Assembly (NCBI GenBank): GCA_965140785.1
Contig: OZ223505.1
Location: forward strand, 64,001-128,000
Direction of reading: 5' to 3'
Source: an uncultured Ruficoccus sp.
GTDB lineage: Bacteria; Verrucomicrobiota; Verrucomicrobiia; Opitutales; Cerasicoccaceae
DNA: 64,000 nucleotides
Of this stretch, positions 33,909-51,894 are shown one piece after another (within the stretch, counting starts at the first letter, position 1; each line of letters opens with the position of its first letter). A program made the position numbers and the translations under genes. Below the pieces are notes generated by a model. The model ran no database searches, was not told where the DNA came from, and was given only the letters and a program-made list of their open reading frames with translations.

Positions 33909-35537
33909 TCAACCTTTTTGCGGAGCCAGCAGGCGCACGGCTGCCCACAGCGCGCATGCGCCCACGAGGAGGCCGATCCATCCCGGCAGTCCGAGGCCGA
34001 GCGGAAGGAACCCCAGCAGCAGCGCCGCTGCGGCGGCGATGAGCGCGTAGGGCATCTGCGTGCGCACATGGTCCGCGGGGCGCACGCCGGTGGAAATAGA
34101 GCTGACCAGCGTGGTGTCGCTGATGGGCGAGCAGTGGTCCCCGAAGACCGCCCCACTGAAGACCGCCCCGACCACGGCGGGCATGAGCGCACCCGGCTCA
34201 CCGCCGCTCAGCTCGAAGGCGACGGGGATCGACAGCGGCATGAGGATGCCCATCGTCCCCCACGAGGTGCCGGTGCTGAAGGAGATCGCCGCTCCGGTCA
34301 AAAAGACCGCGCCCGGAAACAGCCACACCGGCAGGTCGCCCCCCAGCACTCTGGCGAGGACATCCGCGGTGCCGAGCGGCTGCATCACTCCGCCCAGCAG
34401 CCAGGCGCCGATCAGTACCAGGGTGGGCGCGAACAGCGCGGCCGCCCCCGAGGCGAAGGCGTGCAAGCGTTCACCGGGACGCACGGCGCGGGGCATCATG
34501 ACCGCGGCCACGGCGGTGGCCAACAGGCTGCAAACGACCAGCACGCTGGCGGCGTCGGCCTGGCCAAAGGCTTCGGAAATGCCCCGCCCCGTCAACGGCC
34601 ACAGTTGCTCCGCCCCGCTGAGGTAGAGCCCGATCAGCAGCGAGCCGATGAGCACGCCGAGCGGAACGAGGGCGTTCCAGGCGGAGCCGGACGGCTCGTC
34701 GGAGACCGCTTCGGTGCGGCTGGCGGTGGCGACTGCTTCGGCCTGGCGCATGGGGCCGAGGTTGAGGTTTCGATGAATGACCAGAGCCAGCAGGAGCAGG
34801 GTGAACCAGCAGTAGTAGTTGACTGGGATGGAGGCGATGAACAGCCCGTAGGGGTCCACCGGTTGCCCGATCTGGTCGAAACCTTCGCGGATCATGGAGA
34901 GCTGGTAGGCAATCCAGGTCGAAACCACCGCCAGGCAGGCGACGGCGGAGCTGGTGCTGTCCACCAGGTAGGCCAGCTTCGGCCCGGAGACGCCCGCCCG
35001 CGCTGTCGGGGTGCGCAGCAGGCGGCCCACCAGCATGGAGTTGGCTAAGCCGTCAAAAAAGCAAACCAGCCCGAGCAGGTACGCGGCCCACTGCACGCGG
35101 CGCTTCTCATCGCCCCCGGCGTTTTTCATGAACCCGCGCAGCAGGGCGCTGAGGCCGCCTCCGCGTTCGATCAGGGCGGCGGTTCCGCCGAGGATGAGTG
35201 TGAAGGCGAGCGCCCCGAGCTTCCAGGTATTGGTCCAGATGGGCAGAAACAAATCGCGCCCGAGAATCGTCAGCGCCTCGATCGGCTGACCGTTGGCCAG
35301 GATGACGCAGCCTGCCAGCGCCCCGAGTGTCAGCCCGGTCAGGACCCGCCGCCACAGCAGGACGAGCCCGAGTGCGACCACGCTGGGCCAGAGCGCGCGC
35401 AGCGAGGCCTCGTGCAGCGCCAGTGGCCAACTGAAAGCCAGCAGTGCCACCCCGGCCACCAGTCGCCCCGCGCCGAGGCGGGAGCCCGCGGAATCATTGT
35501 CGGTGGGGGAGCCGGGAGTCTGGATTTGGGCTGACAT
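33909..35537 (-). CDS. NhaC-family Na+/H+ antiporter or amino-acid transporter
   Basis: FFDGLAN, LAYLVDSTS, FSTGTSWGTMGI, GAVFGDHCSPISDTT, HVRTQMPYA. Confidence 0.9.
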   Translation of the reverse strand: MSAQIQTPGSPTDNDSAGSRLGAGRLVAGVALLAFSWPLALHEASLRALWPSVVALGLVLLWRRVLTGLTLGALAGCVILANGQPIEALTILGRDLFLPIWTNTWKLGALAFTLILGGTAALIERGGGLSALLRGFMKNAGGDEKRRVQWAAYLLGLVCFFDGLANSMLVGRLLRTPTARAGVSGPKLAYLVDSTSSAVACLAVVSTWIAYQLSMIREGFDQIGQPVDPYGLFIASIPVNYYCWFTLLLLALVIHRNLNLGPMRQAEAVATASRTEAVSDEPSGSAWNALVPLGVLIGSLLIGLYLSGAEQLWPLTGRGISEAFGQADAASVLVVCSLLATAVAAVMMPRAVRPGERLHAFASGAAALFAPTLVLIGAWLLGGVMQPLGTADVLARVLGGDLPVWLFPGAVFLTGAAISFSTGTSWGTMGILMPLSIPVAFELSGGEPGALMPAVVGAVFSGAVFGDHCSPISDTTLVSSISTGVRPADHVRTQMPYALIAAAAALLLGFLPLGLGLPGWIGLLVGACALWAAVRLLAPQKG

Positions 35538-35595
35538 TGTCGTACCCTGAAAATTATGCACGACCCTTGGCGCTCGTGGCAACGATTCGAATTCA

Positions 35596-35826
35596 CTATC
35601 GCCTTCGAAGGTCTTGTCGCTGCCCGCGTTGCACTAATCTATCAGTCTTACGATACTTGGTGAAATAGATTAAGGTAATGCCCAGGAACGGCAGGAGGTA
35701 AAGACAGGCAAACAAGCGTCCGGGCTCTACCCAATGAAGGTGGTTGTTTGCCAACGTCACCGCTGCAACCAATCCGTAGGCCACGATGAAGTAGGCTGTG
35801 AGGAAGATGAGATTTTTCAGCTTCAT
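35596..35826 (-). CDS. Small two-TM membrane protein
   Basis: 76 aa, two hydrophobic segments, basic tail. Confidence 0.5.
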   Translation of the reverse strand: MKLKNLIFLTAYFIVAYGLVAAVTLANNHLHWVEPGRLFACLYLLPFLGITLIYFTKYRKTDRLVQRGQRQDLRRR

Positions 35827-35904
35827 GGATGTGCTGCCAGAGTGGGGGCATCTCCAAGACGAGGGTGTATGGATATTTCGATACCTTGACGGTCGTGTCG
35901 CAAT

Positions 35905-35936
35905 AAAAAAGCCCGGTCGTTTGCACGACCGGGCTT
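35905..35936 (-). terminator. Terminator of eno
   Basis: AAGCCCGGTCGT-ttgc-ACGACCGGGCTT with A run on the + strand. Confidence 0.85.
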
Positions 35937-35966
35937 GGAAAGGATGCGCTGTTAATCGCAGTTGGC

Positions 35967-37283
<1,317 letters not shown>

Positions 37284-37403
37284 TCATGGACTAGTCCGGG
37301 CGGCCCCGCTGTCAACGGTTAATGGAACAGCGGTCATAATTAAAGCTAACGGCAGAGGGGCCATTAACTACACTTATTGGCGTAATGATTTTCCGCCTGT
37401 CGG

Positions 37404-37991
37404 CTATCCGCGGTTGCGTTCGAGCAGGGTCATCATGAGCAGGGACATGAGCACCACGATGTCGTCGTGGCAGGGCTCAAGCTCGTCGATCTGGAACAAC
37501 CCCTCCAGGAAGGCGGGCCGCTTTTTCAACTGGTAGCACAGGGCGCCCGAGTTGTGCGTGACGCTGTAGGTGGGGTGAAAGAGGTAGCCCGAGAGCATGC
37601 CGATGACGGGGATTTCGCCAAAGATACCGTCCATGACCTTGCTCCAGGGGTTTTGCTCGCGGATGGTGTAGAGGATCTGGTCCGCGTCGCTGATTTCGTA
37701 GTGGGAGCGCCAGAGGGACTTCATGCCCTTGCGCCGGACCGAGCCGAAGACATGGCCGGAGGGATCGGTGAAGGTGTAGGTGGCCGAAAAATCGATTACC
37801 CGGTCGGCGTTGATCTCGCACAGCAGTTGGCTGCGGGTGGCGTCGGTGAAGACCTCGATCCGCTCCTTGAGCTTGAAGAGCTTCTGCTTGACGTAGCAGA
37901 CGTAGTTACCGTTGGCGTCCCGCACCTCAATGATGGGGGAGATGGCCATGATTTTAAACCGGAGGTTCAGGGGGAAGGCGAGTTGGCGCAT
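37404..37991 (-). CDS. LURP-one/scramblase-like protein
   Basis: YVKQKLFKLKE, IDFSATY, VRRKG.KSLWR repeated beta-hairpin pattern. Confidence 0.6.
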   Translation of the reverse strand: MRQLAFPLNLRFKIMAISPIIEVRDANGNYVCYVKQKLFKLKERIEVFTDATRSQLLCEINADRVIDFSATYTFTDPSGHVFGSVRRKGMKSLWRSHYEISDADQILYTIREQNPWSKVMDGIFGEIPVIGMLSGYLFHPTYSVTHNSGALCYQLKKRPAFLEGLFQIDELEPCHDDIVVLMSLLMMTLLERNRG

Positions 37992-38304
37992 GGGTAAACA
38001 GTAAGTTCAGCCTAATAGAAAAACTGTTACTAGCGGCTGTCAGGCCCAAAAGGCCCTGGCGGCGGAATTTCGCGCGAACTTTACAACCCATTCGGGCTCC
38101 GTGCTTTGATCTTGCCAAAAAAGCGTAAAGGGGTATTACCTTGCACCGTGGAGCTGTCTGCTCCGCGCGCTCAGCGCACCCGCGTAGGGCGCTAGCTGTA
38201 CCGGGTGACCGATCCGGGCCCGCGCACACTCCGTGCCGCCTATTCGTTCCCTTCCCCGGCCCGTGCCGGGGCAGCCTGCCCGGTTTGATTATCCGAAAAT
38301 ACAC

Positions 38305-39576
<1,272 letters not shown>

Positions 39577-39586
39577 TTGCGAAGAT

Positions 39587-39830
39587 TGGGGGCTCCGCGC
39601 CCCCAAACCCTGCGGCAGGCGAAGCCTGCACTTTCGATAAAGGCCGAGTGCTCTGCACTCGGCCTTTATCGTCTTTGAAGTCTTTGCTGTAACATGGCCC
39701 GCCCAGGTAAACACAGGTCCGGCTGGACCAGCATTCATGGGGTAGCCGCCTTGCTGGCGGCTTAGGGGAACTTGTTCCCCTCAATGTCCTGTGCGGTCAC
39801 GCACTGCGGGTTTGGGCTGCATAAGCCCAG
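39587..39830. repeat. REP-like multi-hairpin intergenic element
   Basis: Ends are hairpin+CAAACCC and GGGTTTG+hairpin; internal GCAGGC-gaa-GCCTGC and a perfect 17-bp stem at 39635-39671. Confidence 0.7.
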
Positions 39831-39837
39831 AGAAAAC

Positions 39838-45336
<5,499 letters not shown>

Positions 45337-45566
45337 GGTGGAAAAGTGATAAACATGTGTGCACTTGTTGAAAAAAGCAAGCGGCGGACAGTCGATGGAC
45401 CAAAAAGGTGCGTTGAAATTTGCAACCGGGCTTTTCAGCACCCAAAGGTACACTCTCGCGCCGAGCCGGTTGCTCGGCCTGAGGGGCAGCCCGTTTCTCC
45501 ATGGGAGGGAGAAAACGATGGTCCACGGATTTTACGGCGGGGAAGAGCAATCAGAAGGCTGCGCGG

Positions 45567-45604
45567 GGATATTCTTCGACTCGCTGTGCTCGCTCAGGAT
45601 GACA
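45567..45604. repeat. Lone REP-like arm (ATTCTTCG...GCTCAGGATGACA type)
   Basis: GGATATTCTTCGACTCGCTGTGCTCGCTCAGGATGACA resembles widespread TGTCATCCTGAGC-type intergenic repeats (from recall). Confidence 0.5.
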
Positions 45605-45723
45605 ACGAATGGTTGTCTCGGGTGTTTCACAAGACGAGCCGATTTGGCCAAACATTCAACCACACGGACTCAGGGCCTGCCCTTGATTGCTGTTCCAGCC
45701 GGAGTGCCTGCGGGTGTAACCCG

Positions 45724-45897
45724 TCAGTGTCATGTTAGCCAATTTCTTAACAAATGTTAATGCCCACAAAAAGGCACAAAACTCACAAAAAATCAGGATA
45801 AGCCGCAAATCTAGAGGGGCCAGTTTCGGTTCTGTGCTTTTTGTGCCTTTTTGTGGCTCAAATACATCTTCAATGAACTAAGCTAACGCCACACTAG
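45724..45897. mobile_element. 174-bp non-autonomous element, copy 1 (outer imperfect TIRs, inner CACAAAA arms)
   Basis: GTGTCATGTTAGC ... GCTAACGCCACACTAG ends; homologous to 60627-60800. Confidence 0.85.
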
Positions 45898-46484
45898 AGG
45901 AGGTTGGTCGGGAGTTCTTCCTCGACGGTCTCGGGGGTGGCCTGCTCACGGGCCTTGGCGCGGGCTTCGCTGGGGACGAAGGGCGCGTAGGAGAACTTTT
46001 CCAGGGCCTCGATGACGTCGTTTTCGGGGACGCTGTCCTCGAGGACGGGGCGCAGGCAGCCGAGAAAGGCGCGGTCGGGCTCCGTGGCGGGGCGGGCGAA
46101 ATCCTCCACCTCGCGCCAGAAGCTCTGGCGGTGCTCGGTTACGGCGCGGGTGAGCGGGTTGTCCGTGCTGGTGCGCCAGGTCAACAGCACGCGGGTCAGC
46201 GGGCGGCGCTGCATGGCCTTGCGGTAGCTGTTGACGAAAGGCAGGAGGTCGTCGGTAGCCTCTTCGGGGAAGAGCGTGGCCGGCGCGGGGTAAAAGTCCG
46301 TATGGGTGGCGATGAACTCCAGCAGCCCGTCGAGGCCTTTAAAATAGCGGTAGATGAGGACCTTGTCCACGCCGGAGCGGGCGGCGACATGGTTGATGCC
46401 GAACCCGCTGAAGCCATTCTCCACGATCAGGTCCACCGCAGCCTTCACAATGCGTTCTTCAGTCTTGGCGCGGTTCCGTTTCAT
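45894..46484 (-). CDS. TetR-family transcriptional regulator
   Basis: RIVKAAVDL..ENGF...GINHVA.RSGV.K.LIYRYF HTH; start at MKRNRAK. Confidence 0.9.
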   Translation of the reverse strand: MKRNRAKTEERIVKAAVDLIVENGFSGFGINHVAARSGVDKVLIYRYFKGLDGLLEFIATHTDFYPAPATLFPEEATDDLLPFVNSYRKAMQRRPLTRVLLTWRTSTDNPLTRAVTEHRQSFWREVEDFARPATEPDRAFLGCLRPVLEDSVPENDVIEALEKFSYAPFVPSEARAKAREQATPETVEEELPTNLL

Positions 46485-46692
46485 GGGAAATTCATATAAG
46501 AGGGCGAGGCTGAACCTGTCAAATGCAAGTACCTGCGACGGGCACAACGTAACGAAAAAGATTATCCGCTGACGGGGGATGAGCCGATTCGTAAACAGGG
46601 GTTTGTCGTGCCGATGAAAGGGGCGGCGGCAGAGAAATTGTCATAAAACCTTGTCAGTCACCGTTCCTGCCGTATCAAGTGAGAGGCAGTAC

Positions 46693-49029
46693 GTGACTGA
46701 GGATTTGTCAAAAGCAGCCCCCGCCGATACCGCCCAGCCTGCCGTCCGCTATTTTCGGGCCGGTGGCTTTAACCAGCTATACCTGGAAACGGCGGATGAT
46801 CTCAAGGCGCTCTCCAGCCTGGACCAGACGCTCTGGGTGGCCTCCAGCTGCCCGACCACCGGGCTGGATATGGAGGAGGCGACGCTCAAGCTCATGGACA
46901 TCGACGGGGACGGGCGCATCCGCGTGCCCGAGATCCTGGCTGCCGTCCACTGGACGCTGAGCGCGCTCAAGGACCCTTCCAGCCTGCCCGAGGGGCGCGA
47001 TTGGCTGGCGCTGGAGCAGATCGACCAGGAGTCTGAGTCAGGGGCGAAGCTCTATGAGGCGGTCAAGCGCATCCTGCGCAACCTGGACCGGTATGAGGAC
47101 CCGAAGATCTTCCTGGCCGACGCGCAGAACCGCGCTGGGATCTTCGCCGTGGCCAAGAGCAACGGCGATGGGGTTATCCCGGTGACTGCCGCCGATGGGC
47201 CCACCGTGGCTCAGGTGATTCAAGACATCCTCAATACCGTGGGCGGCGAGACTGACCGCGGCGGGGACGCCGGCATGACCGCCGCCGGGGTGGATGCCTT
47301 TTACGCCGCTTTACAAGCCTACAAGGACTGGTGGACGAGCGCCCATCCGGCGGCACGTAATCTTTTCGTCCCCGAGGAGGAGGCCCAGGCCGATCTGCCT
47401 GAGCAGGATGCGACCATTTTCCCGCTGGGGGACCAGACCGCCGCCGCTTCGGCTGCGGTCGAGGCCATCGCGGCGAAGGTGGAGGACTTTTTCGAGAACT
47501 GCGAGGTGGCCGCCTTCGACGCGCAGGCGGTCAGCTTCTTTAACTTTTCGGAGCGCGACCTCGGGCAGCTCGGCGGACGCACCAAGTCCGAAGTCGATGA
47601 GATGCTCCAGCAACTGCCGTTGGGACGCGTGCAGCCGGACAGCCCGCTGCCGCTGGCCGAGGGGGTCAACCCCTACTACGCCTCCGCCCTGAGCGCGCTC
47701 AACCAGTCCGCTGTCGCGCCCATCCTGGGCGAGGAGAAGCAGACCCTGACGCGGGCCGAGTGGAACAAGCTGCGGGCGACCTTCGCCCCGTACCGGGCGT
47801 GGATCGCGGCCAAGGCCGGGGCCGAGGTCGAGAAGCTGGGCCTGCCCCGCATCGCCGAGCTTTTAGCCGACAATAAGCGGGCCGCGCTTGAGGTGCTGAT
47901 CAAGATGGACGAAGCCATCGCGGCGGAAATCCTGGCCGTGGACGAGGTGGAGAAGCTCCTGCGCTACCACCGCGACCTGTTTCGCCTGCTCAACAACTAC
48001 GTCTCGCTGCCGGAGTTTTTCGACGTCAACCGGCGGGCGGTTTTCCAGATGGGCAAACTCGTCATCGATGGCTGTGCGCTCTACCTGTGCGTGGACGTGG
48101 ACGACATCAACCGGCACTCGCTCATCGCTGCCAAGTCGGGGATCTTCCTGGCTTACTGCGAGCTGAGCCGGAAAGACTATTCCGGCAAGCGGACCATCGC
48201 CGCCGCCGTGACCCAGCGCGGGGTCGGGCGCATCACAGTGGGCAAGAACGCCGTCTTTTACGACCGTTTCGGCAAGGACTGGGACGCTCGCGTGGTCAAG
48301 GTCGTGGACAATCCCGTTAGCCTGCGCCAGGCCGCGTGGGCTCCTTTTAGGAAGATCGGAGCGGTGATCGGGTCACAGATTGACAAGCTCACCTCGGCTC
48401 GGGAGAAGGCGATCGAGAACAGCCTCTCGACCGGCATCCAGAACGTGGACAAAAACATCGGCACTACCCCGGCTGCCGCCCCCACCAAGCCCGGCAGCGG
48501 TGGCATGGGTGTCGGGGGCATGCTGGCCGGCGGGGGCGTCGCCCTGGCCGCGCTGACCTCGTCCTTCGCGTTTATCGCGCAGACGATCCAGAAGATCCAC
48601 GACGTGTACTTCCTCTACACGGCGCTGGTGATCCTGATGTTTATTCTGCTGCCGGCGCTGATCACGGGTTTTTTCAAGCTGCGCGCGCGCGACATCGGCA
48701 TGATCCTCGAAGCCTGCGGGTGGGCCATCAACGGGCGCATGCGCATCACCCTGAAAGTGGCCAAGCAGCTTATGCAGGTGGGCCGCTTCTCGCGGCGCTC
48801 GCAGCGGACATTTCCCGAGTACGCTGAAAAGCGTGGCGGGCTCTGGCGCTGGGTTTTTTACCCGATCTTTATCGCCGCGGTCATCTACGGGGCGATCTGG
48901 CTGGCCCGGATTCTCTGGACGGAAAAGAAGCCCGATCCGCAGCCACCGACCCCGGCTGAAGCCGTCGAGACGGTCAAGGACGCCGTGCAGGACGCGACTG
49001 CGCAAGTGGTGGACGAGGCGACGAAGTAG
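46693..49029 (+). CDS. Large hypothetical membrane protein with EF-hand-like loop
   Basis: DIDGDGRIRVPE loop; three C-terminal TM segments; start uncertain (46651 or 46693). Confidence 0.75.
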   Translation: MTEDLSKAAPADTAQPAVRYFRAGGFNQLYLETADDLKALSSLDQTLWVASSCPTTGLDMEEATLKLMDIDGDGRIRVPEILAAVHWTLSALKDPSSLPEGRDWLALEQIDQESESGAKLYEAVKRILRNLDRYEDPKIFLADAQNRAGIFAVAKSNGDGVIPVTAADGPTVAQVIQDILNTVGGETDRGGDAGMTAAGVDAFYAALQAYKDWWTSAHPAARNLFVPEEEAQADLPEQDATIFPLGDQTAAASAAVEAIAAKVEDFFENCEVAAFDAQAVSFFNFSERDLGQLGGRTKSEVDEMLQQLPLGRVQPDSPLPLAEGVNPYYASALSALNQSAVAPILGEEKQTLTRAEWNKLRATFAPYRAWIAAKAGAEVEKLGLPRIAELLADNKRAALEVLIKMDEAIAAEILAVDEVEKLLRYHRDLFRLLNNYVSLPEFFDVNRRAVFQMGKLVIDGCALYLCVDVDDINRHSLIAAKSGIFLAYCELSRKDYSGKRTIAAAVTQRGVGRITVGKNAVFYDRFGKDWDARVVKVVDNPVSLRQAAWAPFRKIGAVIGSQIDKLTSAREKAIENSLSTGIQNVDKNIGTTPAAAPTKPGSGGMGVGGMLAGGGVALAALTSSFAFIAQTIQKIHDVYFLYTALVILMFILLPALITGFFKLRARDIGMILEACGWAINGRMRITLKVAKQLMQVGRFSRRSQRTFPEYAEKRGGLWRWVFYPIFIAAVIYGAIWLARILWTEKKPDPQPPTPAEAVETVKDAVQDATAQVVDEATK

Positions 49030-49087
49030 GGTGCGGCTTACCCGTTACCCATACAGGTCTCCAAGCGAAAGTGCTCTAGGCCCGATC

Positions 49088-49546
49088 TCAGCGGGCGATG
49101 TCGGAGTGGGCGAGGACGCGGATGCCGCTGCGGGTGAGAGTGTCGGCGGCGAGTTCGTTGTCCTCCAGACGCAGGACCAGGCCGCACTTGCCCCGGGGGC
49201 GGGCGAGCATGGGGTACATATAGTGGATGTTAATCTCGGCCTGGACGAGGGCGCAGGTGACGTTTTTAAAGTCCTGTTCGGTGTTAATTTCTGCCACGAC
49301 CACCTCGTTGAGCGAAAAGGCGAATCCATGCTCGTGGAAGAAGTCGCGTGCCTGCTCCCAGTAGTTGACGATCAGGCGGATGATCGTGTCGTCTGTGGTG
49401 TCGATCATACACACCGACATGATGTGGATGTCGTGGGAAGCGAGCATCATGATCAAGTCGTTGAGGCGGCCGACCTTATTGTCCGCAAAGATGGAAAACT
49501 GGCGGACTGCATCCTGGCCCGCGTTCTGAATCGTATCCGACGCCAT
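49088..49546 (-). CDS. Tandem ACT-domain protein
   Basis: QFSIFADNKVGRL..L...DIHI and second repeat INIHYMY. Confidence 0.8.
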   Translation of the reverse strand: MASDTIQNAGQDAVRQFSIFADNKVGRLNDLIMMLASHDIHIMSVCMIDTTDDTIIRLIVNYWEQARDFFHEHGFAFSLNEVVVAEINTEQDFKNVTCALVQAEINIHYMYPMLARPRGKCGLVLRLEDNELAADTLTRSGIRVLAHSDIAR

Positions 49547-49631
49547 GAGTGGTTAATGTAGCGCAGTTTGTGTAAAATGACAGGTAAAAAGTGACTTGCG
49601 CTGGCGGGGCCTTTACAGCCAGTCTCGTGCC

Positions 49632-50624
49632 ATGAGTTACCGCCCCGTCCAGGACCGCTACGAAAAAATCCCCTATGTCCGCTGTGGCCGCTCCGGCCTG
49701 AAGCTGCCCCGCATTTCGCTGGGGCTGTGGCACAACTTCGGGGGCGTCGATGTGGAGGAGAATGCCCGCGAAATGATCCTGCACAGCTTCGACGCCGGGA
49801 TCACGCACTTTGACCTGGCCAACAACTACGGGCCGCCCCCCGGCTCGGCGGAGGAGACCTTCGGGCGCGTGCTCAAGCGCGATCTCGCCCCGTGGCGCGA
49901 CGAGCTGATCATCTCGTCCAAGGCCGGTTACCACATGTGGGAGGGGCCCTACGGCGAGTGGGGCTCGCGCAAGTACATGCTGGCCAGCCTGGACCAGAGC
50001 CTGAAGCGCATGGGCCTGGACTACGTGGACATCTTTTACTCGCACCGGCCCGATCCGGACACCCCGCTGGAGGAGACCATGAGTGCGCTGGCCACGGCGG
50101 TGCAGAGCGGACGGGCGCTCTACGTGGGTATCTCCAGCTATGACGCGCCCCAGACCCGCGAGGCGGCGGCGCTGCTGCGGGAGTGGAAAATCCCCTGCCT
50201 CATTCACCAGCCCTCCTACAGCCTGTTCAACCGCTGGATCGAGCCCGAGCTTTGCCCGGCGCTGAAGGAGGAGGGGATCGGCTGCATCGTCTTCAGCCCG
50301 CTGGCGCAGGGGATGCTGACCGGGCGCTACCTGAAGGGTGTGCCCAAAGATTCCCGCGCAGGTGGGACCAGCGCCTTCCTCAACGAGGAGCGGGTACGCG
50401 AGATGCTGCCGAAGATTCAGGCCCTCAACGAGGTGGCGCAGGCCCGCGGCCAGAGCCTGGCCCAGATGGCCATCGCCTGGGTGCTGCGCTTGCCGGAGGT
50501 GACCTCGGCCCTGATCGGAGCCAGCCGGGTCGCGCAGATCGACGACTGCATCGGCGCACTGGAGGCCCCGGCCTTTACCGGGGAAGAACTGGCGAAGATC
50601 GATGGGATTTTGGACGAGCAGTGA
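49632..50624 (+). CDS. gpr: Aldo/keto reductase, L-glyceraldehyde 3-phosphate reductase type
   Basis: SGLKLPRISLGLWHNFG, FDLANNYGPPPGSAE, SKAGY, YVDIFYSHR, IHQPSYS. Confidence 0.9.
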   Translation: MSYRPVQDRYEKIPYVRCGRSGLKLPRISLGLWHNFGGVDVEENAREMILHSFDAGITHFDLANNYGPPPGSAEETFGRVLKRDLAPWRDELIISSKAGYHMWEGPYGEWGSRKYMLASLDQSLKRMGLDYVDIFYSHRPDPDTPLEETMSALATAVQSGRALYVGISSYDAPQTREAAALLREWKIPCLIHQPSYSLFNRWIEPELCPALKEEGIGCIVFSPLAQGMLTGRYLKGVPKDSRAGGTSAFLNEERVREMLPKIQALNEVAQARGQSLAQMAIAWVLRLPEVTSALIGASRVAQIDDCIGALEAPAFTGEELAKIDGILDEQ

Positions 50625-50854
50625 GAAGGGTTTTTCTCATACGGAGCCACGGAGGGGGAAAGGTCGTTAACAACGGCGGCTGTCTTCGCGCACGTTTATG
50701 ATGACTATGGGTTGGGTTCTTGATCGCTTTACTGAAAATTTCGTGCCTCTGGGCGAATATCTTAAAGGATTGGGGCCGGATCGGGTTACGCATTTTGCAA
50801 TTACTGTGCCGGGCGGGTTGTCTTTGCCCGGAGATGATATATTAAAAACTGAAA

Positions 50855-51640
50855 GTGGCACAAACGCTCAAACTCCTGACCTTTAATATCGCGCACGGTC
50901 GCGGGCTTTCGCTCTATCAAGGGTTTCACTCGGAGCGTGTCATCCGACGCAACCTCTCGCGTATCGCCGGCCTGCTGGCCGAGAGCGACGCCGACATCGT
51001 GGCTTTGCAGGAGGTCGATGAGAGCTCCCACTGGAACAAGCACCTGAACCTGGCCCAACTGATTCAGGAGGAGAGCGGGTATGCGCACGCGCAGATCGGC
51101 GTCAACACCCGCCGGGGCGGGGGCAAGCCCTTGGCCTACGGCAACGCCATCCTTTCGCGCCACCCGGTGCATTTCTGGGAGAACAGCCCCTTCGGCAACG
51201 CCACGCTGGGCGAGAAGGGTTTCCTTTATGTTGAGATGGATGTGGCTGGGCATTCCGTCCCGTTGATCAACCTGCACCTGGACTTTCGCTCGCGCAAGCG
51301 CCGTGTCTGGCAGGTCGAGCGCGTCGTCCAGTACATACGCGAGCGGCCCTGTCCGCGCGATCATGAGCGGGGGGTCGCGCCGATCATCTGCGGGGATTTC
51401 AACAGTCGCTCCTCCCCCGACGGGGACGCGGTCAACCACCTCTTTCAGACCGTGATGGACGACCACGGCGACTACACCCTGCATCCGCAGGGGGCGAAGA
51501 CCTTCCCGGCGCACTGGCCGCGCAAGGCGATTGATTTTGTCTTCCTGCCGCGCCCTTACCGGCTGGTCAAGGAGTCCGTGCTAAAATCCTACCTCTCCGA
51601 CCACCTGCCTGTGCTGGTGGAGTTCGAAATCGGGGAGTAG
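50855..51640 (+). CDS. Endonuclease/exonuclease/phosphatase-family protein
   Basis: TFNIAHG, ALQEVD, GNAILS, NLHL, CGDFN, IDFVF, SDHLPV. Confidence 0.9.
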   Translation: MAQTLKLLTFNIAHGRGLSLYQGFHSERVIRRNLSRIAGLLAESDADIVALQEVDESSHWNKHLNLAQLIQEESGYAHAQIGVNTRRGGGKPLAYGNAILSRHPVHFWENSPFGNATLGEKGFLYVEMDVAGHSVPLINLHLDFRSRKRRVWQVERVVQYIRERPCPRDHERGVAPIICGDFNSRSSPDGDAVNHLFQTVMDDHGDYTLHPQGAKTFPAHWPRKAIDFVFLPRPYRLVKESVLKSYLSDHLPVLVEFEIGE

Positions 51641-51651
51641 GGGGTGGAGAG

Positions 51652-51887
51652 CTGGACACAGAGCTCACAGAGGAGGCACTGAGCACACAGAGAGAAACCG
51701 AGGATCAAACGCCGATAATGCGGTTTCTGCTCAAAAGAAATCAAGAGGTCTATCCACAGATTTCACAGATGTACCCAGATTTCTGGAGGGAGAAAGCCGT
51801 TCGGATTTCGGTTACAGCTTAATGCACGTAGAGGGATTAACCAGGAATTCGCAGTCCTTAAAACCTCTCTGTGTGCTCTGTGACCAG
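51652..51887. repeat. CACAGAG-arm element enclosing a CACAGAT arm
   Basis: CTGGACACAGAGCTCACAGAGG...CACACAGAGAG at 51652-51694; CTCTCTGTGTGCTCTGTGACCAG at 51865-51887; TATCCACAGATTTCACAGATG at 51751. Confidence 0.8.
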
Positions 51888-51894
51888 AAAAAAA

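Noticed and set aside
50637..50655. TACGGAGCCACGGAG arm-like motif
   Set aside because: Only two units and no inverted partner.
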